IMG/VR virus record: IMGVR_UViG_3300025098_000012
Location: 162,699 to 226,698 of that record
DNA length: 64,000 bases
Strand: one strand, 5' to 3'
Shown: positions 27,367-38,480 of the stretch, in pieces
Numbering within the stretch: position 1 is the stretch's first letter
Layout of the letters: each line of letters opens with the position of its first letter
Notes under the pieces: model-generated
Seen by the model: the letters and a program-made list of their open reading frames with translations, nothing else
Told to the model about the DNA's origin: nothing
Databases searched by the model: none
Position numbers and translations under genes: made by a program

Positions 27367-29459
27367 AAGCGATACCTCAACCTAGAGTATCTAAGACCAC
27401 TAGACGCATTACCAACGCAAATAGCCACAGCGTCTTTATCTCCTACCAAGACAGCCTTATCCTTAGCTCTAGTTACTGCTGTATAGAGCAAAGAGCGTTG
27501 TAAGAGGTTTGAGCTATGCTCGGTGGTCATCGGCATAATAATGGTGTCATATTCAAGACCTTGGCTCTTATGGACAGTTGTCGCATAAGCGAGTCTCAAG
27601 AGTTTCCTTACTTGGTCAGATGGGATGTCTACAATCTGATCCTTCACACCTTTGATAAGTACACTCACGCTTGTTTTATCAATCGACCTAATACGACCTA
27701 TATCCCCATTATAGACATTTAGATCATACTCATTCTTGGTAATCATCACCCGATCACCTACTCGGATAGAGTCTTTTCCTACTCGGATGAAAGCACCACC
27801 TATATCGGGGTTCAAAGCCGACCTTAGTTCTCGGTTAAGGTTGGTTACACCGACTTTCCCATGATGGGTGGGGCTGACTACATGGAAGTCTACTTGATCC
27901 ATGTGAAGCTCTTTACATCGGTTCACAATCTCATCAAGAATGTCTTGAGAGGTGTAGCGATCAATAAACTGATAATCCTTATTGTGTTGAGGTACTTCAC
28001 CTGCATGGATCTTATGAGCGGCAATCGTAACACCACTCCCCTCTCCTTGCCTAAAGATTTCCGTAAGGTGTTCTCTCGGTACAGCATTTGACTCTATAAG
28101 TTCTGACAACACAAAGCCTGCCCCGACAGGGGGGAGCTGTGCTATATCACCTACCATGATGACTCGGCACTTAGGCGATATACCTTTCATCACTCTCCAC
28201 ATGAGGTGTAAGTCAATCATAGAGGACTCATCTATAATGACAACCGACTCTGTTCGTGGGTTCTGTGGATTATGCCTCCAAATCTCTCGACTTGGATCAT
28301 TGCTGTTCCCAATACCCTTGACTCCACTTTCTTCGTCTTTCTTCACACCCTCATAGTCGGACTTGTCTGTCTTATCGTCCATAGGTAGACCTGCACCGAA
28401 CGCTCTATGAACAGTGAAAGCGTCCATATTGGTTAAGGCACTTGCTCGCTTTGCGGCAATACCTGTGGGGGCGATGAGCAAGATACTCTCTTTACGATCA
28501 AGCAAGATTTTACATAGTGTATTGAGAATGGTTGTTTTGCCTGTTCCTGGCAATCCTGTCACGATTGAGAATGGTTCTGTAAGACCTTGTTGGATTGCCT
28601 TAAGCTGTGTATTGGTTAATGGGTAGCGTGAATATGATTTGATGTCATCAATACTCATTGATTGAAGCATCGTATTCAATCTAAGAGGCGATTTAATCTC
28701 CTCTGCAACCTCTACCTCCATTTTGTAATAAGAAGGCAAATAAAGGGCAATAGAGGAGTCCTGTTGGATCTTATCGACCACAATGCGAGGGGGCTTTGCT
28801 TCTTTCATCGACTTGATGACTTGACCGATCTCTTTCGGGTTCGTCAAGCCTGTAAGGACAGCAGTATCTTTAAACACTGTATTAGTGTCTAGGTGGCAAT
28901 GGCCTTGATACACACCTTGAAGCATAGACCAAAAGATTGAAGCCTCTACTCGTCCCTCATTTTCGGGATCAAAGTCTTTCTTTAGGAGCGTCTTAGCTAT
29001 TTCATCTGCACCTTGAAAGGACACCCCCTTGTATACCAAAGCCCAAGGATTTGATGCGATGGATTCGGGAGACATTTGAACATCATTCCAAATGGAGTTG
29101 ATGATGTTCAAAGGCACTCCTGCTTCAGAGAGGCTTGATATGACCTCAATAGACTCTTGCATAAGAGGATCAGACCAATCCGTCCAACTGTATAGAGCCG
29201 ACCCTTTGAGGTACTTAGGGTTAATCGGATTACGGACTATATCAAGGTTTTTCTTACCATTACGCTTGTCGAGCGTTTCTTTACCTTGAAAGGTAAACAC
29301 TTGACCTCTTGAGACAGGGCCAGCGATCTTACCTTTGACCACGATAGGCTTCGTATCCGCCTCTGAAGCTACGATACACCGTAAAATATAATATGGGGGA
29401 TTGGCAAAAATCTGCCCCAACACTTTTGCAACATAAAACACAAAGAAAACCTTTCTCAA
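27363..29459 (-). CDS. recD2: RecD2-like SF1B helicase
   Basis: TGLPGTGKTT, APTGIAAKR, DESSMID, GDIAQLPPVG, YATTVHKSQGLEY, LYTAVTRAK. Confidence 0.9.
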   Translation of the reverse strand: MRKVFFVFYVAKVLGQIFANPPYYILRCIVASEADTKPIVVKGKIAGPVSRGQVFTFQGKETLDKRNGKKNLDIVRNPINPKYLKGSALYSWTDWSDPLMQESIEVISSLSEAGVPLNIINSIWNDVQMSPESIASNPWALVYKGVSFQGADEIAKTLLKKDFDPENEGRVEASIFWSMLQGVYQGHCHLDTNTVFKDTAVLTGLTNPKEIGQVIKSMKEAKPPRIVVDKIQQDSSIALYLPSYYKMEVEVAEEIKSPLRLNTMLQSMSIDDIKSYSRYPLTNTQLKAIQQGLTEPFSIVTGLPGTGKTTILNTLCKILLDRKESILLIAPTGIAAKRASALTNMDAFTVHRAFGAGLPMDDKTDKSDYEGVKKDEESGVKGIGNSNDPSREIWRHNPQNPRTESVVIIDESSMIDLHLMWRVMKGISPKCRVIMVGDIAQLPPVGAGFVLSELIESNAVPREHLTEIFRQGEGSGVTIAAHKIHAGEVPQHNKDYQFIDRYTSQDILDEIVNRCKELHMDQVDFHVVSPTHHGKVGVTNLNRELRSALNPDIGGAFIRVGKDSIRVGDRVMITKNEYDLNVYNGDIGRIRSIDKTSVSVLIKGVKDQIVDIPSDQVRKLLRLAYATTVHKSQGLEYDTIIMPMTTEHSSNLLQRSLLYTAVTRAKDKAVLVGDKDAVAICVGNASSGLRYSRLRYRF

Positions 29460-29556
29460 CTAGAGATCATTTTCTTCATGTTATATGATTTAACTCTTAT
29501 GAGAAACTAGCCGAGCGAGGGAAAGTCTCGCTTAACCCTTACTCGACTAAGATTTC

Positions 29557-32500
29557 TTAGCTATCGAGATAATGCTCCATAGCGTACATGAGGTCTAGGT
29601 CTTCCATGCTCGCACCCTTGAAGCTCGCATTGCGAAGGTTCAAAGACTCCTCAGATGGAATACAAGCCTCTGAGATGAACTGAGAAGGTCCACCTGTATG
29701 CTTGTTTCGTCCTGGTCCGTACATAACCTTAACACGATCTTGACCACGAGTAAGGGCAACATAGGCAAGCCTACGCTCAGACTCGATAGAAGATCGTTTA
29801 TCGGGGAACGCTCCACCAGTCATAGGCAAGTACATATCACGACACTCTAAGCCCTTCCAAGAGTGCATAGTACCCAAGAACACACAGTTCTTCTTACCTT
29901 GATTGCCTTGCATAGCTTTTGACTGCTCTTTAAGAGTCATGAAGAAATCAAGACCCTCTTCAAGAGTGCGATTTTGCATCACTCTACGAACAATGCTTGT
30001 ACCACTGTCAGCATATTCTTCCATATCTTCTTGAGAAACTTCGCCCGACTCGGTTTCTTCTGAAAGCTCATTGACCTCTGCTGGACTGAGGTTTTTACCA
30101 AGACGCTCCATCAAGTTTTTACCATCAGCTCCCCTTACCTCATAACACACAAACTCGATAAGCTCTTGTGTAGTACCATCAAAGTCAATGATAGACTGAA
30201 GCATATCAGCATACGCTTTAGCGTTTGCATTACTCCTACGAGCAGTTCGAGGATAAATCTGACTGTAGCCACCTCTCAGATACCAATCGAGTGGGTGCTG
30301 ATCTGCAATCATTGCCCCTCGTTCTACTTTCTCATTGAATGCTTTATCAATGAAGAAATTAAGGTGTCTGTGTGCAATAAATACAGTTTTAGCTCTCAAC
30401 ACAGGATTTGATGACTTGACTGCCATCAGATCAATCGGTGCAAGCATTGTCTTAGAGTCAAGTAGATCATTCTTAGAGTAATAAGGAATCCCTTGAATGA
30501 GTAGTTCAAAAGCATATCCTTTAAGCTCTTTATTAGTACGACAACCAATGCCAAACTTATGCTGTTCTCCACCCTCGTGATCCCAACCCTCAAGATCAAC
30601 AACTTGCTTCATCTCTTCGGCAATCTCCATAGCACCTGGAGACATTGGGTTTTCACCCGAACCATAGCCTTCAAAAGAGATACGACCTTCTTCTTTAGAA
30701 GCGTTTGGATTACAAGTCATAGGGATTTGACGACTATTATGTGCGATCAACTTATTAGCCGCTTGGACGATGTTTCGACCCGACCTAAAGTTAGTACGCA
30801 GGATAGAAGTCTTGAACTCCCCACCCTGTGAGTCAGAAATGTTGATGAACTCTTCTGGTTCTGCACCTCTAAATTCGTAGATCGCTTGCTTGTCATCCCC
30901 AATGAAACAGAAAGTATCGGCTGTCATTCGACCATCACCATAAGGCTTTAAAGTCTCTGGATTGATATGACCTGCGATTAAACCAAACAAGATGTGCTGA
31001 CTCTCGTTCAAATCTTGTGCTTCATCAACAAAGATGTACTTATAAGTGGCTTGAAGCCTCCTCAGAACCTGTGGGTTCTCTACGAGGGTCTTATTAGCGT
31101 TAAGGAGCATATCATCAAAGTCATACGATTTCCCAATAGCTTTAAGATACTCGTAAGCACCATAAACAGCTACTCTTTGCCTATCACCACCCTCAAACCA
31201 AAGCTCGGTTGGAGACTGCAACTTTGACTTCGCAATACCGATGAATTTTGCGTATTCCTTCTCATTTATATCTTTATTGACCATCTGTGTTGGGTCAATG
31301 CCGAGATTAAACCATTGGTTTAATGGAACTTCAAAATGTTTACGAGGGTTATCTTCCGAAGCGAACTTACCTGGAAAACCTGGGAATGGTTCAGCCTTCT
31401 GTAAAGAGTTCATTCCACGACTTGGAGATCCATCACGCTTCGCTTTGAGTTTATTGTTAATCATGGCTCGGAAGCGAGGGTTGTCCCATACAGGATCGTC
31501 TTCATTGGGGAGTACAGCTTCATTTCCCTGTCTACCTACAATGATGCTCCCCAAGTCATTGAGATCGTATCTAGCCCAACCATATCCTTTACTCTCACCC
31601 CAAAGTGCTTTGTCAGCAATCGCTTGAGTAGTACGGATTAAGAGTTGCTTCAAGTCATATTGAAAGGCATCTTCTTCACTCAAGGTTTCTTGGATAATAG
31701 GAGCTTGGTTGATTGCCTTACTTGTATCAATGAAAGGCATTGGTACAACTTCACCAACTGGAGCTGTTGGTCGAAGGGTGACTTGAGCAATAGCCGCTTT
31801 AAGTAGGTTTGCTTGGGCACTCTTTTTTAAGAGCCTCTTACCCCTAAACACCTTAGCGTCAAGGCAAACGCTATTTCCAATAGAGTGTGTTGTTTTTCCA
31901 ACAAACTTACCAACTGACGCTCCGTCAGAGTATTTTAACGCTCTCTTTTCAAGCTCTCCTGCGGCTTCATTGCTGAAAGTCGTTGCAATAATGTTGCTAG
32001 GGCTAACACCAAGCTCTTTAATGGTATATGCAATCTTGGATGCGAGAACACGAGTTTTACCCGAACCTGCACCTGCGGCGATGATTGACTTGCCTGTGAC
32101 CATCATCGCTTCTTCTTGCTCTGGTGTAAGACCTTGCTTCTCACCTGTGCGAGTTTGGAAAGCTGTGTTGGTGTTGATGATACGACTCGCCTCACTAAGA
32201 ACAGCTTGTCGGTTCGATGTGTTTCGGCTCATGTCCAAAAGAAGATCAAACTTAGTCTCACGCTCTTGAAGAAGATGAATACGCCCATCCTCAGAAAGAC
32301 TGCCTGCACGAATACGAGCATCAATACTCTTGATTTCTTCTGCAAGAAGGTTTGACTCTTGAAGGTCGGCAATACCAAGCTCTACTTCATTCGCTTGATC
32401 AAGCTCTTCACAAGCCATAACGATCCATTTACCGATTGTAGTTGCTCGGCTCGCTCTCGGTGCTTGAAGAAGGGCATTAAGGTCGATGAAATCCTCATGA

Positions 32501-32883
32501 CAAGCACTAGAAATCGCACATAATGCCTCTTTAGTTCTCTTGTCTGGATATCTCTCTTTTAACTGTACAAGTCGAGAGTTAAACCAACCCATAACCTCTT
32601 GGACCGCTGATGCTACACCAATCGCCTCTTCAGCATCTAAAGTTCCTTTACGAGCTTGAGAGAGCTTGGTATGAATAGGACCTGATGCGAGGCCAGGTAG
32701 TCCTTCTTCAAGAAGGGGTTCGATCATGGTATCAACCATAGCATCGAACTCGCCCTTGTAGCGTTTTAGGATAGTCTCAGCCTTCTTTAAGCCTTTGGGA
32801 TCTCCCCCAAGCTCTTCATAGGCTTTCATCGCTAGACTCAACTTCATCAAGTCAGCAAAAATTCGTGTATCTGGCGTTGTCAT
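29557..32883 (-). CDS. UvrD/PcrA-like SF1A helicase with N-terminal extension and insertions
   Basis: AGAGSGKT, VDEAQD, GDDKQAIYEFRGA, NFRS, TMHSWKGLE, ERRLAYVALTRG. Confidence 0.88.
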   Translation of the reverse strand: MTTPDTRIFADLMKLSLAMKAYEELGGDPKGLKKAETILKRYKGEFDAMVDTMIEPLLEEGLPGLASGPIHTKLSQARKGTLDAEEAIGVASAVQEVMGWFNSRLVQLKERYPDKRTKEALCAISSACHEDFIDLNALLQAPRASRATTIGKWIVMACEELDQANEVELGIADLQESNLLAEEIKSIDARIRAGSLSEDGRIHLLQERETKFDLLLDMSRNTSNRQAVLSEASRIINTNTAFQTRTGEKQGLTPEQEEAMMVTGKSIIAAGAGSGKTRVLASKIAYTIKELGVSPSNIIATTFSNEAAGELEKRALKYSDGASVGKFVGKTTHSIGNSVCLDAKVFRGKRLLKKSAQANLLKAAIAQVTLRPTAPVGEVVPMPFIDTSKAINQAPIIQETLSEEDAFQYDLKQLLIRTTQAIADKALWGESKGYGWARYDLNDLGSIIVGRQGNEAVLPNEDDPVWDNPRFRAMINNKLKAKRDGSPSRGMNSLQKAEPFPGFPGKFASEDNPRKHFEVPLNQWFNLGIDPTQMVNKDINEKEYAKFIGIAKSKLQSPTELWFEGGDRQRVAVYGAYEYLKAIGKSYDFDDMLLNANKTLVENPQVLRRLQATYKYIFVDEAQDLNESQHILFGLIAGHINPETLKPYGDGRMTADTFCFIGDDKQAIYEFRGAEPEEFINISDSQGGEFKTSILRTNFRSGRNIVQAANKLIAHNSRQIPMTCNPNASKEEGRISFEGYGSGENPMSPGAMEIAEEMKQVVDLEGWDHEGGEQHKFGIGCRTNKELKGYAFELLIQGIPYYSKNDLLDSKTMLAPIDLMAVKSSNPVLRAKTVFIAHRHLNFFIDKAFNEKVERGAMIADQHPLDWYLRGGYSQIYPRTARRSNANAKAYADMLQSIIDFDGTTQELIEFVCYEVRGADGKNLMERLGKNLSPAEVNELSEETESGEVSQEDMEEYADSGTSIVRRVMQNRTLEEGLDFFMTLKEQSKAMQGNQGKKNCVFLGTMHSWKGLECRDMYLPMTGGAFPDKRSSIESERRLAYVALTRGQDRVKVMYGPGRNKHTGGPSQFISEACIPSEESLNLRNASFKGASMEDLDLMYAMEHYLDS

Positions 32884-32893
32884 GATTAACTCC

Positions 32894-33487
32894 TTATTTT
32901 AGCAGGTCATACTCTTCTTTAGAGATATAAACAGGATATGGGTTAGGTTGAATTAGATGAGCGTTGAACTCAACTCCAAAGTGATCACACACTGTCTCAA
33001 TGGCATCGAGGTTCTTCTGAGTATCTTCCCAAACAGACACGCTCTGAATGTTAGGGTATTTCTTGAGGAGATCAAAGGTTAGTTTAGCCTTATAGCGAGA
33101 TGTAGACCCTGTGCCTGGTTTTAGGTGAACCTCATCAAAGTCCAACCCTTTACCCTTTAATAGCTCGGCTACACGATAACGCATAGCACCGTTGTCATTA
33201 AGGCGACCTGTACACATGATCGCAAGAGTGTCCATGTCAGAGATAGAGCGTTTAGCTTCACCAACAACACCATTAAACCAATAATCCCCACTAGGCTTTT
33301 GAGGGATAAAAGGTTCACTTAAACTAATGGCCTCGTTGAACCAATAACCCATTTTTTTGTTCGACCACCACTCTGGTGGTTCGGGGCTACGGAACAATGT
33401 ATTATCAAAGTCAAAGATATGAAGCTCAAGACTTTCTGAGCTTGTTTTCATATACTTTGTTGCCACTCTCGCAACAAGATTTCTCAT
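32894..33487 (-). CDS. HAD-family phosphatase ('Swiss Army Knife' RNA-repair type) with RVA tag
   Basis: MRNLVARVATKYMKTS, then IFDFDNTLF, CTGR, WED; GAGGAG RBS; late motif at 33528. Confidence 0.7.
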   Translation of the reverse strand: MRNLVARVATKYMKTSSESLELHIFDFDNTLFRSPEPPEWWSNKKMGYWFNEAISLSEPFIPQKPSGDYWFNGVVGEAKRSISDMDTLAIMCTGRLNDNGAMRYRVAELLKGKGLDFDEVHLKPGTGSTSRYKAKLTFDLLKKYPNIQSVSVWEDTQKNLDAIETVCDHFGVEFNAHLIQPNPYPVYISKEEYDLLK

Positions 33488-33542
33488 GTCTGTTCTCCTC
33501 AAAGGTAATATACAGAAGTATCTCATAATAAAGGATCTACAA

Positions 33543-34424
33543 ATGTTAATTATACTTTCCCCGACATCACAGTTAGCTACTGACACTCTTAGGCTGTCAA
33601 ATCCTCCTGCACTATCGGTAGAAGCAGAATATGGTGGGTTCGTCCTTGAGGGTACAAAATACACTGCCGCTCATCACCAACCACTCGGATCACCTTATGT
33701 CGGTCGCCATGTCACCCCCTTTGGTAGACCTGCACCTTGTAATGACTCCAATATACCAAAGCTCAATGATAATGAAGTAGCCATCATCTCACACCTCGAC
33801 ATCGACACTCTTGGTGGACTTATGAGAGCTACAGATCAGTTCGAGGATAACCCTGTCTTTTGGTTCTATGCTGAACATATCGACACCAATGGCATCCACA
33901 AGGCAAGACAAGACCACCCCTGTTGGGTTCTATATAATGGACTTAACGCATGGATCAATGAAAACTATCCAGAGATAGACACAAAGAGAAACAACGATGT
34001 GACCGATTTCTGCTACAAAGCATTCGACTTCATTAAAGAAATGCTTAATGACGGTCTGCTTGCTACTCGAATGGGTAATGCTCACATCTATCTCCAAGAA
34101 AAGCTCGATGAGTCCTCCTTTGTAGAGATGAAACCATGTGGTCTGATCGTTAGACGAACAAGAGGTGAAAAGGTAAATCATCTCTATCGTGGAGAAAATG
34201 CGATCATCACTTACGATGAAAAATATAAGAAGATTAGGATTTCTACTGCTGACCCCATTCCAAACCTATCTTGTAGACGACTCGTTCAAGAATGGTGGGG
34301 TGATAGAGCTGGTGGACACGATCAGATCGCAGGTTCTGCAAGAGGCCAAATCATGTCCGAAGATCAGTTTAGGGAGGCAATAGAAAGGTTTGAAACTGAA
34401 CTAACTAGAGCATTACAAAGGTAA
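33543..34424 (+). CDS. DHH-like phosphoesterase
   Basis: SHLDIDTLGG and C-terminal GGHDQIAGS; AAGGA RBS before ATG 33543. Confidence 0.5.
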   Translation: MLIILSPTSQLATDTLRLSNPPALSVEAEYGGFVLEGTKYTAAHHQPLGSPYVGRHVTPFGRPAPCNDSNIPKLNDNEVAIISHLDIDTLGGLMRATDQFEDNPVFWFYAEHIDTNGIHKARQDHPCWVLYNGLNAWINENYPEIDTKRNNDVTDFCYKAFDFIKEMLNDGLLATRMGNAHIYLQEKLDESSFVEMKPCGLIVRRTRGEKVNHLYRGENAIITYDEKYKKIRISTADPIPNLSCRRLVQEWWGDRAGGHDQIAGSARGQIMSEDQFREAIERFETELTRALQR

Positions 34425-34427
34425 TAA

Positions 34428-35468
34428 ATGGCTTTCACAGAAAAAGTAAACAACATTAGAAGGGCAAAAAGCCACATCGTTCAAACTTTCCATGAGATCT
34501 TTGAAGAGTTTGATGAACTTTGGGAAAAGAATCCTCACGAAACAGCCACAGGCATAATCAATGAGGTCTTAAAAGAAAGCGGATTTGATCAGTGGATCTG
34601 TGAACACATGAATAGGGATGTTTGGATCAGTGGAGCTGATCAATGCCTTATGGTGTGGGTAAAAACACGAAACTACAAGACCCATATTGATGTAACGATT
34701 GCCTGTCGTGGTTCAGCAAAGAACCTAAAACTAGACACACACAAGCCTCTATGGAAAATGATTGATTTGCTCCTAAGTACGATTAGAGGATCTTACTTCA
34801 AAACTAGAGAGGTCGGATTTGAACAGCTTTTAGAAATCTATTCATTAGAACGATTAGAGGGCATAAAAGAAGATCTAAAAGATCAAGTAGACAGGAAAGC
34901 AAGAGTCATCATCAATCAACAAAGCCAAGAGGTCAAAGATGAACTCAATGACTTGTTCACTGATGTTGAACTCGAAAAGAAGCTGAAGCACATCCAAAAT
35001 AACATCCCAACACTCACAACATATTACGATTGGGAGATGGGTCAAAATGGAGTTACAAAAAGATACTACTCAAAGCAACTCTCGGACTTAGGGAAGAGGC
35101 TTTATAAAGAGTGCTTAGAAGATCGCTTACTTATGATTAACTTCTTAGGGAGCGTTATTATGGAATGTGGGGCGAAGCGAGTTCGTTGCACTAGAAGAAC
35201 CAAACCAACGAGTCCAGATCGAAGCCCTACTTTTCTGTTTGAAAAAAATGGAAAGACCCTCTATGTGCGTTTCTTTCCTGTGTGCATCAATCTCAGCCCA
35301 AGAGAAAACTCTTTTGATGACGAAAATGAGATTGATCTGCCCGAAAATAACCCCGATAAATTCGATATACTCTCAAGCATCGAAAGTCATTGGGAACATC
35401 TATACGGAGAAAACAAAACTCCGTACCTCAACTGGACAATCGAAAACCCATATGGTTGGGTAGATTAA
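34428..35468 (+). CDS. Hypothetical protein
   Basis: 346-aa ORF in operon with the upstream gene. Confidence 0.7.
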   Translation: MAFTEKVNNIRRAKSHIVQTFHEIFEEFDELWEKNPHETATGIINEVLKESGFDQWICEHMNRDVWISGADQCLMVWVKTRNYKTHIDVTIACRGSAKNLKLDTHKPLWKMIDLLLSTIRGSYFKTREVGFEQLLEIYSLERLEGIKEDLKDQVDRKARVIINQQSQEVKDELNDLFTDVELEKKLKHIQNNIPTLTTYYDWEMGQNGVTKRYYSKQLSDLGKRLYKECLEDRLLMINFLGSVIMECGAKRVRCTRRTKPTSPDRSPTFLFEKNGKTLYVRFFPVCINLSPRENSFDDENEIDLPENNPDKFDILSSIESHWEHLYGENKTPYLNWTIENPYGWVD

Positions 35469-36190
35469 GAAGAAGCCATACCAAAGAAGTAATAACCCTC
35501 AACTTTACCTACCTTCTTTTGAATCCTCTTACCACTTACAGTGTAAGTAGCAAGTTTAGAAGATTCAGCATAAGACATACCACCTTGATCTTGTACTTTT
35601 AAAATACGAACAACTTGACCAGGATCAATGTTGTTTGGGCTTTCAAGTAACTCTTTCGTAGAGGCAACAGCCTCTTTCTTTGTAGAATACTTTTTATTAG
35701 TATTGCTACTCCTAATATAAAAAACTTCACCATTTGGTTTATCTGTCGTGATCTTCCTTTTTCCCGCAGGAGTAGTTAAAACTACACCTCCGTTCCAAGG
35801 GATTTCAACCTCAATGACTGCTCCTGCTCTCTTCTTCCCACCCATCATTTTCTCTTGAACCATCTTTTTTGCTTCTTCTTTATTTCGTGCCTTCACCTTT
35901 ACTTCAAATTCCTTTTCGGCAACAACCTTTTCTTCTCCGAAAGCAACACAACCAGCGTCATCCCACTTGCCATAGTCATCATAATGCTCGTCAGCATACT
36001 CTTGAGCTTTCTTCTTAGACATAACTTCACGAGTAGCCATAGTGAAACCGCCTTTTTCAGCAATGGTTCCAGTATAACCACCACTTCCATACTCGTATCG
36101 AGCTTCTTGTACGAGTTCAGCGAATACTCGGTTTGCGTTTGCACCATAGCCAGAATTGACAAAGCCATCTGCTCCTGCTTGTTTCTTCAT
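35465..36190 (-). CDS. Late hypothetical protein
   Basis: AAGGAG RBS before MKKQAGADG; ARYEYGSGGYTGTIAEK; late motif at 36237. Confidence 0.7.
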   Translation of the reverse strand: MKKQAGADGFVNSGYGANANRVFAELVQEARYEYGSGGYTGTIAEKGGFTMATREVMSKKKAQEYADEHYDDYGKWDDAGCVAFGEEKVVAEKEFEVKVKARNKEEAKKMVQEKMMGGKKRAGAVIEVEIPWNGGVVLTTPAGKRKITTDKPNGEVFYIRSSNTNKKYSTKKEAVASTKELLESPNNIDPGQVVRILKVQDQGGMSYAESSKLATYTVSGKRIQKKVGKVEGYYFFGMASS

Positions 36191-36257
36191 AACATTTCTC
36201 CTTGTGTGCCGTGTTAAATCAACACCCATGAGGAGTTATAAAGAAACTACAAAAGCA

Positions 36258-37355
36258 CTAGGCGATCTCTGACCAATCCAAATCCCTAGCCTTAATCGAA
36301 TCATATCCTCGCCTACTACCTAACTCCCAATCAACACTCGCTAACAATAACCTCTTAGCTGTACCCCTACCCAAAAATACGGTCTGCTTCTTAAGGTTGT
36401 TCCTCAAAGTGATGTTCACACTCTTAAAGAGATAACCCTCTTTGAGCTTGTTAATGTAGTCTTCACGACACACTTCCTCTACATCACCCTCTAAGTTGAT
36501 TAACTTCACAGGCTTACTAGACCAACTGCTCACTTGACCGTTAGCCTTAGCCTCCTTGACTCCAGATAACTTAGAGATCACATCATAGTTCACACGCTCT
36601 AAATCAAAGTGCGTTCCAAACTTGAACCCATGATCCAAAACAAGATGCTTCACCACATCATGTTGACCACAACTATATATCCCAATGTCTTCTCTATGAA
36701 TGTTCACAACTCCCTTAGAGCAAAGCGACCAACCCAACCTAAAGTAATCAGATAACTCACCTCTAGGGATCTCAACCTCTACACCTGTACGCACCATCGC
36801 TATCGTATCTGGTTTGTTCTTGCTATGTAGCTTTGCTCTTTTCTTCGGACAGTTTGCAGATGCTTTGATCCTAGCCCTCACCTCTGGATCTTTTAGAGCC
36901 TTTTTGTGCGAATCATGCCATCTTTGGCGAGGTTCACCCTCTCTTGAAGCTAAAACACGCTCCCGATAACTCTCATCTTCCCATAGTTCCTTACCTCTTT
37001 TACTCATCTCCATCTTCACGATAGGATTAGAGCAATAGTGTTTCAAAGCGTTAGAGGATGAACCCATGCCCCCACTGTTCATGTTCAAACAAAGTGGGTC
37101 ATGGTCAGAACCCCCGATATATTTCTCACCAACCAACTCGGCTTCATAAGCGTAAGCGTCATCCTCGTTCTCAAAGACCCTAATGATTTCTTTTTCAAAC
37201 TCATTAGGGTGAGCTTTCATTTTACGCAAGAGCAAGAGTCCAGAGCCTTGATACTTACTCCCATCGGGATCACGATCTGAGTAAGTTCCTTTACCCAAGT
37301 AATACTCGCCTGTCCTCTTGTTGAACTGACGATATACATAATAACCTTTTGCCAT
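36258..37355 (-). mobile_element. Free-standing GIY-YIG (Seg-like) homing endonuclease
   Basis: YYVYRQFNKRTGEYYLGK, YQGSG, FEKEII, EAEL, LNMNSGG; directly downstream of nrdB. Confidence 0.8.
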
Positions 37356-37439
37356 TTCAATGCCTTTCAAAGAAGTTATTGAAAAGCGTACCAAAACGAC
37401 AAATGTTAGTCAAGAACTAAAGGTCATAAATACCTATTT

Positions 37440-38414
37440 TTAGGCGATTTCTGACCAATCCCATTCACCTACAAGACCGTTGGCGGAGTAGTCTGACACA
37501 ACCCCCTCAAAGAAGTTCTTGAAAGAGTCACCACTTACGACCCAATCGAGCCATTGGAGTGGATTTTTCTTTTGTTTGAAGACGGGTTTAAGTCCGAGTT
37601 GTAGAAGTCTACGATCAGCGAGGTATCGGACATAGGTTTTGAGATCATCTGAAGTGAGATCATTGATAGCACCGTTATGATTATAAACGAGGTCAATGAG
37701 TTTATCTTCTAGTTCAACAGCCTTCTCATAGTTTGTGTAGATGTAGCTCTTAAGTTTATCGGTCACAACACGAGGGTGTTCTTCACAATAAGCATGAAAG
37801 AGCTTTGTCATACCCTCTACATGAGTAGATTCATCTCTAATGCTCCATTCCACGATCTCGCACATACCTTTCATCTTCCCGAACCGTTGGAAGTTGAGGA
37901 GCATAACGAAAGCAGAGAATAAGCTCATGCCCTCGTTACATACAGATCGGGCAAGCTCAAATGCGATGTTGGTGATACGACCTAAACCTTCTGGTGCTTG
38001 AGTCATAAACTCGATCTTCTCACGCATCTCATCAAACTCTAGGAACGCAGAGTATTCTTTAACTGCAAGTCCTAGAGTGTCATTTAATAGTGCGTATGCT
38101 CTTTGATGTGTTCCTTCACGATTAGCGAAGGATAAGAGCATATTTCTGATCTCGTTGTTCTTGAACTCTTTGATAAAGATGTCGCAGTAGTTCCCACCGA
38201 CAGCAACATCGGATTGAGTGAAGATCCGTAGGATTTGTGTGATGTGTTGTTTCTCCGAGTCAGAAATCTGACCACCTTTCCATTGGTTCACATCTTCCTG
38301 TAGCTTCGCCTCCCAAGTTCCCCAATGAATTTTCTCGTGTTCCTCTGCGATGTTCATCGCCCAAGGATACTGAAATGGCTTGTAAGTTGTACTGAACTCA
38401 AGTAGTCCTGCCAT
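37440..38414 (-). CDS. nrdB: Ribonucleotide reductase class Ia beta subunit
   Basis: FTQSD, REGTHQRAY, EGMSLFSAF, RDESTH di-iron ligands and radical Tyr. Confidence 0.93.
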   Translation of the reverse strand: MAGLLEFSTTYKPFQYPWAMNIAEEHEKIHWGTWEAKLQEDVNQWKGGQISDSEKQHITQILRIFTQSDVAVGGNYCDIFIKEFKNNEIRNMLLSFANREGTHQRAYALLNDTLGLAVKEYSAFLEFDEMREKIEFMTQAPEGLGRITNIAFELARSVCNEGMSLFSAFVMLLNFQRFGKMKGMCEIVEWSIRDESTHVEGMTKLFHAYCEEHPRVVTDKLKSYIYTNYEKAVELEDKLIDLVYNHNGAINDLTSDDLKTYVRYLADRRLLQLGLKPVFKQKKNPLQWLDWVVSGDSFKNFFEGVVSDYSANGLVGEWDWSEIA

Positions 38415-38480
38415 GTTCTTAACCTCTCGTTATAGAGTTGAATGTTATTGATACCACCCTACAATGAGAGAATATAAAAA

